DNA of 64,000 nucleotides from an uncultured Rikenellaceae bacterium (GTDB taxonomy: Bacteria; Bacteroidota; Bacteroidia; Bacteroidales; VadinHA17). Every line of letters begins with the position of its first letter. The stretch's first letter is position 1. The stretch is from assembly GCA_964421975.1 (NCBI GenBank), contig CAYQZL010000002.1:7291-71290 (forward strand), in the 5' to 3' direction. A program made the translations under genes and the position numbers. A model generated the notes under the pieces. The model searched no databases and was not told the origin of the DNA. It saw only the letters and a list, made by a program, of their open reading frames with translations. This document shows, piece by piece, positions 49,685-58,480 of this stretch.

Positions 49685-50014
49685 TCATTCCATCTGAAGC
49701 AACAGTGTTCCCCTCGATACCCTGTCTCCTTTTTTAACAGGGATAATCTTTATTGTGCCATCTGTCTGAGATTTCAGCACATTCTGCATTTTCATTGCTT
49801 CCAGGATCATAAGAGGTTCTCCTTTTTTCACTTTCTGCCCGGTTTTTACAAGGATATCCAGGATTGTCCCCGGAATTACGCTTAAAACCGATCCCGGATC
49901 AGCAGGACTATAAGGCACCCTTTTACTGAATTTTTCACTTATCCTTGTCTTATACAGGCTTGTATCTATATTAAGAAGACCCAGTTGCTTTTCTTTTTCC
50001 TTTTCCATAGTCAA
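49685..50014 (-). CDS. biotin carboxyl-carrier (biotinyl domain) protein, methylmalonyl-CoA decarboxylase gamma-like
   Basis: 109 aa. Carries the biotinylation motif EAMKMQN in a typical hammerhead-domain context (GEPLMILEAMKMQNVLKS). Confidence 0.85.
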   Translation of the reverse strand: MTMEKEKEKQLGLLNIDTSLYKTRISEKFSKRVPYSPADPGSVLSVIPGTILDILVKTGQKVKKGEPLMILEAMKMQNVLKSQTDGTIKIIPVKKGDRVSRGTLLLQME

Positions 50015-50037
50015 TTCATTTTATATCAGGGACCTGA

Positions 50038-51582
50038 TCAGAACGGAGGCAGTCCGTGCTTTTTCGGAGGCAGCTGGATCTCCTTATTTTCCGAAACGGT
50101 TATTGAATGGATAAGGAAACGCCTTGTTTCAGAGGGTTCAATTACTGCATCGACATAACCACGTGAAGCGGCAACATAAGGATTGGCAAATTTCCTTTTG
50201 TATTCTTCAACTTTTTGTTTACGTGTTTCTTCCGGATCATCCGATGACATAATTTCTTTTCTGAAAATGATATTTGCAGCACCTTCAGGTCCCATCACGG
50301 CTATTTCGGCAGTTGGCCAGGCAAAAACAAAATCGGCTCTCAGGTGGCGTGAGCCCATGGCAATATAACCTCCTCCGTATGCTTTACGGAGGATCACAGT
50401 AATCTTGGGTACTGTAGCCTCACTGTAAGAGTAAAGTATCTTGGCGCCATGACGGATAACACCTGCATGTTCCTGGTCTACACCGGGAAGATATCCGGGA
50501 ATATCGACAAAGGTAATGATCGGTATGTTGAAAGCATCGCAGAAACGGATAAAGCGTGCTGCTTTATCGGATGAATCGACATCCAGGACACCGGCCATCT
50601 CGAGTGGCTGATTGGCTACAAAGCCTGCCGTACGGCCATCAATACGCCCGAAACCTATCACGATACTTTTGGCAAAGTGCTCCATTATCTCAAAGAAATC
50701 CGAATTATCTGCAACGGCTCTTATAACATCCCTGACATCGTATGGCAGTGTAGGATCATCAGGAACAATGTTTTCAATGTTATGTCCCGGCAAAGGGTTT
50801 GCTGCTTCGAATGCTTTTGCTTTTCTCGAGTTGTTCCAGGGTATGAAGGTGACCAGTTTCTTTATCTGTGAAAAGCATTCTTCTTCTGTAGAAGCGAAAA
50901 AATGAGCATTCCCCGTAATTTCACCATGAACCCTTGCACCACCAAGATCTTCCATGCTGATCTCTTCCCCCAGAACGGTTTTGATAACTTCCGGACCCGT
51001 GATGAACATTTTGGATATATTATCAACAACGAAAACAAAATCTGTCAGGGCAGGTGAATAAACGGCTCCTCCCGCACAAGGACCAAGTATAACCGAGATC
51101 TGGGGTATAACACCGCTGGAAAGAGTATTCCGGAAAAAGATCTCTCCGTATCCTGCAAGAGAATTGACACCTTCCTGTATCCGTGCCCCTCCGGAATCAT
51201 TTATACCGATAAGCGGCATTCTCATTTTCAGGGCATGATCCATGATCTTCGTAATCTTTCTTGAATGCATCAGTCCGAGAGAACCTCCGGCAACAGTAAA
51301 ATCCTGAGCAAATACAGCCACCGGTGATCCGTCAATTGTACCGGTACCGATAATTACACCATCGCTTGGAAGCGTTTTCTTGTCCATATCAAAATCATGG
51401 GCATCATGCTCCACAAAAAGATCATATTCCGTAAAAGAACCAACATCGAGAAGTGCCATTATACGTTCACGGGCAGTACGTTTACCCATTGCCTTCTGCT
51501 TTTCAATAGCCTGCTCACCTCCCCCGCGCAACAGTTTCTCGCGCTTTTCATGCAACTCCTTTATCTTACTGTTAATTGCCAT
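50038..51582 (-). CDS. acyl-CoA carboxyltransferase (methylmalonyl-CoA decarboxylase alpha / propionyl-CoA carboxylase beta family)
   Basis: 514 aa. GKRTARERI, FAQDFTVAGGSLG, GINDSGGARIQEG, GPCAGGAVYSPALTDF and AYGGGYIAM are carboxyl_trans family motifs. Confidence 0.9.
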   Translation of the reverse strand: MAINSKIKELHEKREKLLRGGGEQAIEKQKAMGKRTARERIMALLDVGSFTEYDLFVEHDAHDFDMDKKTLPSDGVIIGTGTIDGSPVAVFAQDFTVAGGSLGLMHSRKITKIMDHALKMRMPLIGINDSGGARIQEGVNSLAGYGEIFFRNTLSSGVIPQISVILGPCAGGAVYSPALTDFVFVVDNISKMFITGPEVIKTVLGEEISMEDLGGARVHGEITGNAHFFASTEEECFSQIKKLVTFIPWNNSRKAKAFEAANPLPGHNIENIVPDDPTLPYDVRDVIRAVADNSDFFEIMEHFAKSIVIGFGRIDGRTAGFVANQPLEMAGVLDVDSSDKAARFIRFCDAFNIPIITFVDIPGYLPGVDQEHAGVIRHGAKILYSYSEATVPKITVILRKAYGGGYIAMGSRHLRADFVFAWPTAEIAVMGPEGAANIIFRKEIMSSDDPEETRKQKVEEYKRKFANPYVAASRGYVDAVIEPSETRRFLIHSITVSENKEIQLPPKKHGLPPF

Positions 51583-51657
51583 TTCTTTATTATGTTAAAA
51601 ATTCTGTCATCTTACCTGAAGTCATGCAAGTTTAAGTAAATTGTATGATTAAATAAA

Positions 51658-52794
51658 TTATTTCGGTGCCATTTTATAAAGCACCATAGCTATTACAAGA
51701 TATATCAGATTCGGTATCCACTCTGCCACAAGAGGGCTGAGATTACCCTTAAGAGAAAATTGTGATGCAAATTGCTGGAAAAAAATATATGAAAAACTTA
51801 ATGCCAGACCTATCCCAATGTTCATACCTATACCTCCCCTTACTTTTCTTGATGACAATGACACACCTATCAGGGTAAGGATAAAAACTGCAAACGGGCT
51901 TGCGAAACGCCGGTGTTTTTCTATTTTGAATATTTTTATCTCCTCCGAACCCTGCAATTCAAGCAAATCTATATATTCATCCAGTTCCCTGTAAGTCATT
52001 GTACTCACAAAGCTCGGATCCCGCGAGAAATCTTCAGGTTTTATAATAAGTGTAGTGTCGATCTGAGTTCCTTTTGTCACCACTTCTTCCCTGCCCTTAA
52101 TTTCACGCAGAGTATAATTGATCGCCGACCATTTATTCGAGACTGAATCCCAGGTTACTGTGGGAGCCGATATCTTTGAAAGAAGATTACCATCTTCATC
52201 GAATTTTTCAATTGTGAAATTTCTGCCCCGCATATATATGGGACTATACGATTCGATATATACATAAACATTTCTGTATACCTGTCTGTGTACGTTTTCA
52301 ATGTTCAGTCTTCTTCCTTTCGGTCTGTAATATTTATCTTCGAAATCGAGCCTTATAAGATTGGAATGTGGTATCATAAAGTTTGTCAGGTAGAAGATGA
52401 CAGCGGCAATGGCAAACGATGACAGGAAATATGGCCACATCATTCTGCGGAAACTCATTCCGCTGTTCAGTATGGCTATTATCTCCGTATTAACTGCCAT
52501 CCTGGATGTAAAAAAGATTACGGTTATAAACACGAACAATGGAGCAAAGAGTGTTGCGAAATAGGGAATGAAATTGAGATAATAATCGAATACAACTGCC
52601 TGCCAGGGAGCTTCCTTTTCCATGAAATTGTCGAGTTTTTCGGACAGATCAAAGATCACGGCTATTGTTAAGATGAGTGCCAGACAGAATGCGAAGGTCC
52701 CGAGGAACTTTCTTATAATATATAAATCAATTATTTTAGGTTTCAGGGCTCTCAAATTCGCTCCGAAACCTTTTTTACCATTTTGTCTTTCCAT
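51658..52794 (-). CDS. LptF/LptG family LPS export permease
   Basis: 378 aa. IIDLYIIRKFLGTF is followed by TM helices, a large periplasmic loop and three C-terminal TM helices (YjgP/YjgQ architecture). The annotated start overlaps the tgt stop by 43 nt, so the true start may be downstream. Confidence 0.8.
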   Translation of the reverse strand: MERQNGKKGFGANLRALKPKIIDLYIIRKFLGTFAFCLALILTIAVIFDLSEKLDNFMEKEAPWQAVVFDYYLNFIPYFATLFAPLFVFITVIFFTSRMAVNTEIIAILNSGMSFRRMMWPYFLSSFAIAAVIFYLTNFMIPHSNLIRLDFEDKYYRPKGRRLNIENVHRQVYRNVYVYIESYSPIYMRGRNFTIEKFDEDGNLLSKISAPTVTWDSVSNKWSAINYTLREIKGREEVVTKGTQIDTTLIIKPEDFSRDPSFVSTMTYRELDEYIDLLELQGSEEIKIFKIEKHRRFASPFAVFILTLIGVSLSSRKVRGGIGMNIGIGLALSFSYIFFQQFASQFSLKGNLSPLVAEWIPNLIYLVIAMVLYKMAPK

Positions 52795-53879
52795 TGTTTG
52801 AATTCCCCTTCTTCAATTTTCCTGCGGGCATCGCTTACAAGCTTCAGGTAAAATGCCAGGTTATGCAGACTTGAAATCTGTCCGCCGAGCATCTCACCTG
52901 AAATGACAAGATGCCTGAGGTATGCCCTGGAATACATGCGGCTTACTTCCGAAGCTCCCTCGGGATCTATAGGACTGAAGTCGTCTGTCCATCGCCTGTT
53001 CTTGATATTGATGATACCCTGTGATGTGAACAACATACCGTTGCGTCCGTTACGTGTTGGCATAACACAGTCAAACATATCTATACCCCTTTCAATTGCT
53101 TCCAGTATATTGGCGGGTGTGCCGACCCCCATCAGATACCTGGGTTTATCTTCAGGCAAAATCTCATTTACGATCTCAATTGTACGGTACATTTCTTCGG
53201 CCGGTTCTCCGACTGACAATCCGCCGATTGCATTACCTGCCATACCTGCCCTGGCAATCTTCTCTGCCGATATTTTTCTCAGATCATCGAACACACCCCC
53301 CTGAACGATCGGGAAAAGATACTGGTTATAATTCCAGACAGGATCAGTATTGAGAAATCTTTCAACAGCCCTGTCGAGCCATTTGTGTGTAAGGGCAACT
53401 GATTTTTCAGCATATCTGTGATCGCAGGGAAATGGGGCACATTCATCAAGGGCCATAATTATATCGGCTCCGATGATCCTTTGAATATCAACAGTATTTT
53501 CAGGTGTAAAAACATGTCTCGATCCGTCAATATGTGATTTAAAGATGACCCCTTCTTCAGTCAGTTTCCTGTTTCCTGCAAGAGAAAAAACCTGGTAACC
53601 TCCGCTGTCGGTAAGTATGGGCCGCTGCCATGAAATAAAGCTGTGCAGGCCTCCTGCCTGTCTGAGGATCTCAGTTCCCGGACGTAGATAAAGATGGTAT
53701 GTATTTCCCAGGATGATCTTTGCATCAATTTCCTGTTCAAGGTCGCGCTGAAGTATACCCTTTACCGTACCTCCTGTTCCGACAGGCATAAATATAGGCG
53801 TGGGAATTATCCCGTGATCTGTTTTCAGGAAGCCTGTTCTGGCCTTTGTATATTTATCCCTGGTCCGGACTTCAAACAT
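52752..53879 (-). CDS. tgt: queuine tRNA-ribosyltransferase (tRNA-guanine transglycosylase)
   Basis: TPIFMPVGTGGTVKG, LGNTYHL, TDSGGYQV, LDEC, GLSVGEP and zinc-site residues. The Met at 53879 (MFEVRTRD) is preferred to 53903. Confidence 0.94.
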   Translation of the reverse strand: MFEVRTRDKYTKARTGFLKTDHGIIPTPIFMPVGTGGTVKGILQRDLEQEIDAKIILGNTYHLYLRPGTEILRQAGGLHSFISWQRPILTDSGGYQVFSLAGNRKLTEEGVIFKSHIDGSRHVFTPENTVDIQRIIGADIIMALDECAPFPCDHRYAEKSVALTHKWLDRAVERFLNTDPVWNYNQYLFPIVQGGVFDDLRKISAEKIARAGMAGNAIGGLSVGEPAEEMYRTIEIVNEILPEDKPRYLMGVGTPANILEAIERGIDMFDCVMPTRNGRNGMLFTSQGIINIKNRRWTDDFSPIDPEGASEVSRMYSRAYLRHLVISGEMLGGQISSLHNLAFYLKLVSDARRKIEEGEFKQWKDKMVKKVSERI

Positions 53880-54016
53880 ATTATGATCTGATAATGGCAG
53901 CACAAATGTAATTCATCCGCACCGCCTTAGGAAATTATGTGATGCTTTTTGTTGAAAACTATTCTTCGCGATTAAAATATATCTTGCTAATATTGTGCCC
54001 GGATTACGAAAGTTCA

Positions 54017-55150
54017 ATGATATTTCACGAAAACCTGTTACTTTCGGTTGTATTTATGATTTTTGCACTTTCTGCAGCGGTGCAGCTCTTCTATTACATC
54101 TGGTTTTACATGGCTGTACCCTTGTACAGGCATCCTTCCGGAGACAATGCTGAGAAAAAACCCGTTTCAGTCATAATCTGTGCACGAAATGAGGCTGAAA
54201 ATCTGAGAAGGTTCCTGCCTTCCATACTTGAGCAAAATTATCCTGAATATGAAGTAATTGTAGTAAATGATTGTTCGGAGGACGATACTTATGACGTTCT
54301 GGGCAGTTTTCTTCTGAAATATCCTTATCTGAAAATATCAACAATCAGCAAAGATCCCCGCTTCACTCATAATAAGAAATTTGCGCAGTTCATAGGAATC
54401 AAAGCTGCATCGAATGACATACTGCTTTTCACTGATGCTGATTGTGAAGCTGCTTCTCCCGACTGGATTGATCTGATGGCATCACATTTCGACGGCGATA
54501 CACGGATCGTTCTGGGATATGGCGGATATATGTCTGAAAAAGGAATACTGAATAAATATATCCGCTATGATGCATTCATGATCGCACTTCAGTATTTCGG
54601 AATGACAATCAGGGGAATACCTTATATGGGGGTGGGACGCAATATGGCATACCGTCGTTCTCTATTTTTTGAAAGGAAAGGTTTTGAGGGACATACCCAT
54701 ATTATCTCGGGAGATGATGATCTGTTCGTGAATTCAAACGCCACAAAGGCAAATACCAGTGTGGAATTCCGGCATCCGGCCCATACACGTTCAATTCCCT
54801 GCTCAACATTTGAAAGCTGGATAAGACAGAAAAAAAGGCATTTTACTACAGCACCATATTATAAGACATTGCATAAATTACTGATAACCATGGAACCTTT
54901 GTCAAGAATGCTTTACTATATAACATTCATTATTCTTATAATACCCTTGTTCTTCTGGCAGGTAACAGTTGCAATATACGGACTTAGGTTAACAACCCGG
55001 TTGTTGATATTGATACAGGCTCAGAAGAAACTAAATGAAAAAAGGATAGCAGGATATTCATTAATTTTTGATATCTTTTCCCCCGTGATTAACAGTGTTA
55101 TTTTTTTTAGCAATACAATTACCAGATCAGGTAAAAACAAATGGAAATAA
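54017..55150 (+). CDS. family 2 glycosyltransferase, membrane-bound
   Basis: VSVIICARNEAENL, VIVVNDCSEDDT, FTDADC and GDDD. An N-terminal TM helix and C-terminal TM helices are present. The Met at 54017 is preferred to 53939. Confidence 0.8.
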   Translation: MIFHENLLLSVVFMIFALSAAVQLFYYIWFYMAVPLYRHPSGDNAEKKPVSVIICARNEAENLRRFLPSILEQNYPEYEVIVVNDCSEDDTYDVLGSFLLKYPYLKISTISKDPRFTHNKKFAQFIGIKAASNDILLFTDADCEAASPDWIDLMASHFDGDTRIVLGYGGYMSEKGILNKYIRYDAFMIALQYFGMTIRGIPYMGVGRNMAYRRSLFFERKGFEGHTHIISGDDDLFVNSNATKANTSVEFRHPAHTRSIPCSTFESWIRQKKRHFTTAPYYKTLHKLLITMEPLSRMLYYITFIILIIPLFFWQVTVAIYGLRLTTRLLILIQAQKKLNEKRIAGYSLIFDIFSPVINSVIFFSNTITRSGKNKWK

Positions 55151-55737
55151 ACCAGGAGCTTTCAGAAAAAGCGAAGGCCGACCTTATTCTTGTTGAAGAT
55201 GCCAAGAAAGGCAACGAGAAGGCATTTGCAGGACTGATGAACCGTTACAGGGATTCTATTTATTACATGCTTCTTAAAATGGTCAATAACCCGATAGATG
55301 CAGAGGATCTGACCATTGAGGCCTTCGGAAAAGCTTTCCGGAGTATCGACAGCTATACTCCCCGCTTTGCATTCAGTACATGGCTCTTCATGATAGCCAC
55401 AAACAACTGTATAGATTTCATAAGGAAGAAACAATCTTCACCGATCCCGGTAAATCAGGACAAGGATATTATGGATACAATGACGGTGAATATCCAGTCT
55501 GATCTGCCTGACCCGGAAGAGACTCTTATCAATGATCAGAAAATAGCCACACTCAGAAAAATTGTGACCCAGCTCAAATCACCCTACAGGGAAATCATTG
55601 AACTGAGATATTATAAGGAGTATTCCTATGAGGAGATCGCTGCAGAACTTAAAATTCCCATCGGAACGGTAAAAGCACAATTATACAGGGCTAAGACATT
55701 GCTTTACAACATCTTTGTAAAAACTGGCGCGAGATAA
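55141..55737 (+). CDS. RNA polymerase sigma-70 family (ECF-like) sigma factor
   Basis: 198 aa. Region 2 (AEDLTIEAFGKAF, FSTWLFMIATNNCIDFIRK) and region 4 (YREIIELRYYKEYSYEEIAAELKIPIGTVKAQLYRAK). It overlaps the upstream gene by 10 nt and the downstream gene by 1 nt. Confidence 0.85.
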   Translation: MEINQELSEKAKADLILVEDAKKGNEKAFAGLMNRYRDSIYYMLLKMVNNPIDAEDLTIEAFGKAFRSIDSYTPRFAFSTWLFMIATNNCIDFIRKKQSSPIPVNQDKDIMDTMTVNIQSDLPDPEETLINDQKIATLRKIVTQLKSPYREIIELRYYKEYSYEEIAAELKIPIGTVKAQLYRAKTLLYNIFVKTGAR

Positions 55738-56369
55738 TGCCGGAAATCATTTTCAGATATTTCCAGTCCCTCACCCCTCTCCAGAAAGAACAGATATCAC
55801 GGCTTAAACCGCTCTATGATGAGTGGAACAGCAAAATTAACGTAATATCCCGGAGGGATATGGATAATTTCTATGTCCATCATGTCCTTCATTCATTGTC
55901 AATAGCCAGGAAATTCAGTTTCAGAGCGGGCACAGCGATCCTTGATGTGGGTACAGGGGGTGGTTTCCCCGGACTCCCTCTGGCTATACTATATCCGGAT
56001 TCACAATTCACTCTTCTCGACTCAACAGCCAAAAAAATAAGAGTGGCAGGAAATGTATGTGAAGAATTAAAGCTTTCCAATGTCCGTCTGGTCAACAAAC
56101 GTATTGAAGAGGAAAAGACGCAATATGATTTTATCGTAAGCAGAGCAGTAACTGAATTTAACAATTTTGTAAAGCTCACATTTAAAAATCTGAACAGATC
56201 AGGCAACAATGATCCGGATAGCGGCATCATTTATCTCAAGGGGGGTGATTTTGAAAAAGAACTTGGAAAGTACAGGGATTCAGTACAGATATGGGAAATA
56301 AAAGATTTCTTCTCTGAACCGTATTTTGAAACTAAAAAGATTATTCATCTTCCGTCATCTGAGATCTGA
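55737..56369 (+). CDS. rsmG: 16S rRNA (guanine527-N7)-methyltransferase RsmG (GidB)
   Basis: 210 aa. WNSKINVIS, HVLHSL, the SAM motif ILDVGTGGGFPGLPLAI, and LDSTAKK. Confidence 0.92.
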   Translation: MPEIIFRYFQSLTPLQKEQISRLKPLYDEWNSKINVISRRDMDNFYVHHVLHSLSIARKFSFRAGTAILDVGTGGGFPGLPLAILYPDSQFTLLDSTAKKIRVAGNVCEELKLSNVRLVNKRIEEEKTQYDFIVSRAVTEFNNFVKLTFKNLNRSGNNDPDSGIIYLKGGDFEKELGKYRDSVQIWEIKDFFSEPYFETKKIIHLPSSEI

Positions 56370-56405
56370 ACAATCTATAATTTTATAAACGAAATCATAT
56401 TATAT

Positions 56406-56960
56406 CAGGCTTTCAGGGGCAATCTGCTTATAGCATTCAGCCTTTCACTGTTCTTTCTTGGCACTGAAGGGGCTATCTGTTTGCAGGTCCAGTTCAACCC
56501 TCTCCGGGGTTGATTTTTTGTTTGTGGCTTATTGCCCGGGGGTTCCCCGGGTTAATGGACTTAGACACCTCCGGTGTCAATAAAAACAGAAGCATCTGGA
56601 TTATCGATTTAATTCTCAGCCGCGTAACGGCGGCCTGTTTATAGTACCAGATCTCTTTTTTATACCATCGCGCGGTGTAATATTTCCAGATCGCACCTAC
56701 GGCGCTATGGTTATTGTTGGTATCTGCATTCTATATACAGTAAGCGCCTACGGCGCTAAAATCAACCATCGGAAATAAATAGCTGCGTAGCGGTTACATA
56801 TTTATAGCATGGGGACATTACCCGCATTTTAGCCGCGTAGCGGCGGCCTGTTTATAGTACGTGCGACATTAACCGGATTCCAGCCGCGTTGCGGCGATCT
56901 GTTTATAGCATGTGAATTCTTCTTTAGCCCCAGCCCCGGAGGGGCGGCCTGTTTGTACGG
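56406..56960 (+). repeat. degenerate tandem array (~11 units of ~48-54 bp), each unit = short GC hairpin + CTGTTTATAGYAY-like tail
   Basis: Best copies are at 56617-56647, 56780-56810, 56830-56860, 56881-56911 and 56931-56960, with a tail-only copy at 56406-56436. Additional hairpins lie at 56495-56512, 56535-56551, 56564-56578, 56693-56705 and 56744-56756. No ORF of 60 aa or more occurs in any frame. Confidence 0.85.
56495..56520 (+). terminator. terminator-like hairpin + T-run inside the repeat array (possible rsmG terminator)
   Basis: CAACCC-TCTCCG-GGGTTG followed by ATTTTTTGTTTG, 126 nt after the rsmG stop. Confidence 0.45.
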
Positions 56961-57052
56961 ATAAGCCTGAGCAATTACCTGCCACAATATTATTTTCTAT
57001 CCCATAAAAAGGTAAAAATATTCCCTGTAATATATTTTTTTCAAAAAATAAC

Positions 57053-57060
57053 TATATTTG
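57053..57060 (+). promoter_or_regulatory. candidate -7 promoter box (TATATTTG) for rpmH
   Basis: Exact TAnnTTTG match in an AT-rich stretch, 43 nt upstream of the rpmH ATG. Confidence 0.45.
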
Positions 57061-57102
57061 CGGTCTCAAATTAAGACCAGAGGAAATTAAAATTTTTACA
57101 CG

Positions 57103-57261
57103 ATGAAAAGGACTTTTCAGCCTTCCAGAAGGAAAAGAGCAAACAAGCATGGATTCAGGGAAAGAATGTCCACACCTAATGGGAAACGAGTTCTGGCAGC
57201 CCGCAGGGCAAAAGGCAGAAAGAAACTGACTGTTTCATCAGAACTCAGGGTAAAAGCCTGA
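57103..57261 (+). CDS. rpmH: 50S ribosomal protein L34 (52 aa; below ORF-track cut-off)
   Basis: Hand translation gives [52 protein letters not shown], the canonical L34 sequence pattern (MKRTFQPS..KRxxxHGFRxRM). Confidence 0.95.
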   Translation: MKRTFQPSRRKRANKHGFRERMSTPNGKRVLAARRAKGRKKLTVSSELRVKA

Positions 57262-57286
57262 TTCTGATTTCACAATAAATACAGAG

Positions 57287-57312
57287 AGGTGCCGTCATCG
57301 GCGCCTTTTTTG
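57287..57312 (+). terminator. intrinsic terminator after rpmH
   Basis: AGGTGCCG-TCAT-CGGCGCCT, an 8-bp stem with one G-U pair, followed by TTTTTT. Confidence 0.75.
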
Positions 57313-57327
57313 TTCATTTGAAAAAAT

Positions 57328-58428
57328 ATGACCGGTCTCCTGGATTATATCGCCGACAATGAACTCAGAATTATAGCTGATAAAGCTGCATCGGGAATTC
57401 GGATAACACCGCAGGAAGGCCTTTTACTATATGAAAGAGGAGACCTTCCTGTTCTCGGGCTCATAGCATCAGTAGTCAGAAAGCGTATAAACGGTAATCT
57501 CGCATTTTATAACAGGAATTTCCATATAGAACCCACCAACAGATGTATATATAATTGCCGTTTTTGCTCCTACAGGAAACCTGCCGGAGATCCTGCAAGC
57601 TGGGATTACAGCCATGAAGAAATGCTTGAAATAGTTAAAAGATTTGATAATAAAAACGTTACCGAAGTCCATATTGTAGGTGGCGTTCATCCCCGGCACG
57701 ATCTTCATTATTATGGCTCATTTATCAGGAAAATAAAAAATCACAGACCATCGCTTCATGTAAAAGCCTTTTCGGCAGTAGAACTGGATTATATGATAAG
57801 GCTGGCGGGATTATCGATCGAAGAGGGCCTTTCGGCACTTAAGGAATATGGTCTTGATTCAATACCGGGAGGTGGTGCGGAAATATTTGATGAAAAGCTG
57901 AGGGAGCAGATCAGTAATGAAAAAACCTCATCTGAATTATGGCTGACTATTCATGAAACGGCACATCGTCTGGGGATACCATCCAATTCTACAATGCTTT
58001 ACGGGCATCTCGAATCATGGGAACACAGGATTGACCACATGAACAGGCTGAGAATTCTTCAGGATAAAACAGGCGGATTTAATGCTTTCATCCCCCTGAA
58101 ATACAGAAAAGCAAACAACAGCATGTCTTACCTCGGTGAATTAAGCATCATTGAAGATCTGAGGAACTATGCTGTTGCCAGAATATTCCTTGACAACATT
58201 ACCCATATAAAAGCTTACTGGCCAATGACCGGAAAAACCATTGCACAGATAAGCCTTTCTTTCGGGGCAGATGATCTCGATGGTACAATTGATGATACCA
58301 CAAGGATCTATTCAATGGCCGGTGCTGAAGAACAAAATCCATCAATGACAACTGATGAGATATGCAGACTGATAAGTGAAGCAGGCTATGAACCTGCTGA
58401 ACGCGACTCCCTTTATAACAGGGTCTGA
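57328..58428 (+). CDS. radical SAM enzyme of the MqnE/MqnC/CofH family (futalosine-route menaquinone biosynthesis type)
   Basis: 366 aa. Radical SAM cluster HIEPTNRCIYNCRFCSY, a TIM-barrel length typical of the family, and GGAEIFDE. I cannot distinguish MqnE from MqnC by eye. Confidence 0.6.
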   Translation: MTGLLDYIADNELRIIADKAASGIRITPQEGLLLYERGDLPVLGLIASVVRKRINGNLAFYNRNFHIEPTNRCIYNCRFCSYRKPAGDPASWDYSHEEMLEIVKRFDNKNVTEVHIVGGVHPRHDLHYYGSFIRKIKNHRPSLHVKAFSAVELDYMIRLAGLSIEEGLSALKEYGLDSIPGGGAEIFDEKLREQISNEKTSSELWLTIHETAHRLGIPSNSTMLYGHLESWEHRIDHMNRLRILQDKTGGFNAFIPLKYRKANNSMSYLGELSIIEDLRNYAVARIFLDNITHIKAYWPMTGKTIAQISLSFGADDLDGTIDDTTRIYSMAGAEEQNPSMTTDEICRLISEAGYEPAERDSLYNRV

Positions 58429-58444
58429 TTAATAATTTTATCTG

Positions 58445-58452
58445 TACATTTG
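58445..58452 (+). promoter_or_regulatory. candidate -7 promoter box (TACATTTG)
   Basis: Exact TAnnTTTG match, 29 nt upstream of the ATG at 58481. Confidence 0.4.
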
Positions 58453-58480
58453 CGTTATCATTAATGTACATCTTGCCTGT

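Noticed and set aside
56406-56960. Possible CRISPR array, given regularly spaced ~31-nt repeats with a hairpin at ~50-bp period
   Set aside because: Repeat copies differ from each other at many positions. The spacers are only about 19-20 nt and are themselves related to one another. Upstream units are badly degenerate. No cas gene or leader-like organisation exists anywhere in the window. A tandem REP-like repeat explains it better.
56370-57102. Possible chromosomal origin (oriC), because rsmG(gidB) and rpmH flank origins in many bacteria and 56980-57100 is very AT-rich
   Set aside because: By eye there is no DnaA box within one mismatch of TTATCCACA or TGTGGATAA. The best candidates have two mismatches (TGTGGCTTA at 56523-56531 and TACGGATAA at 56956-56964). 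No dnaA or dnaN is nearby, and there is no clear switch of gene orientation around the site. A GC-skew calculation on the whole replicon would settle it.
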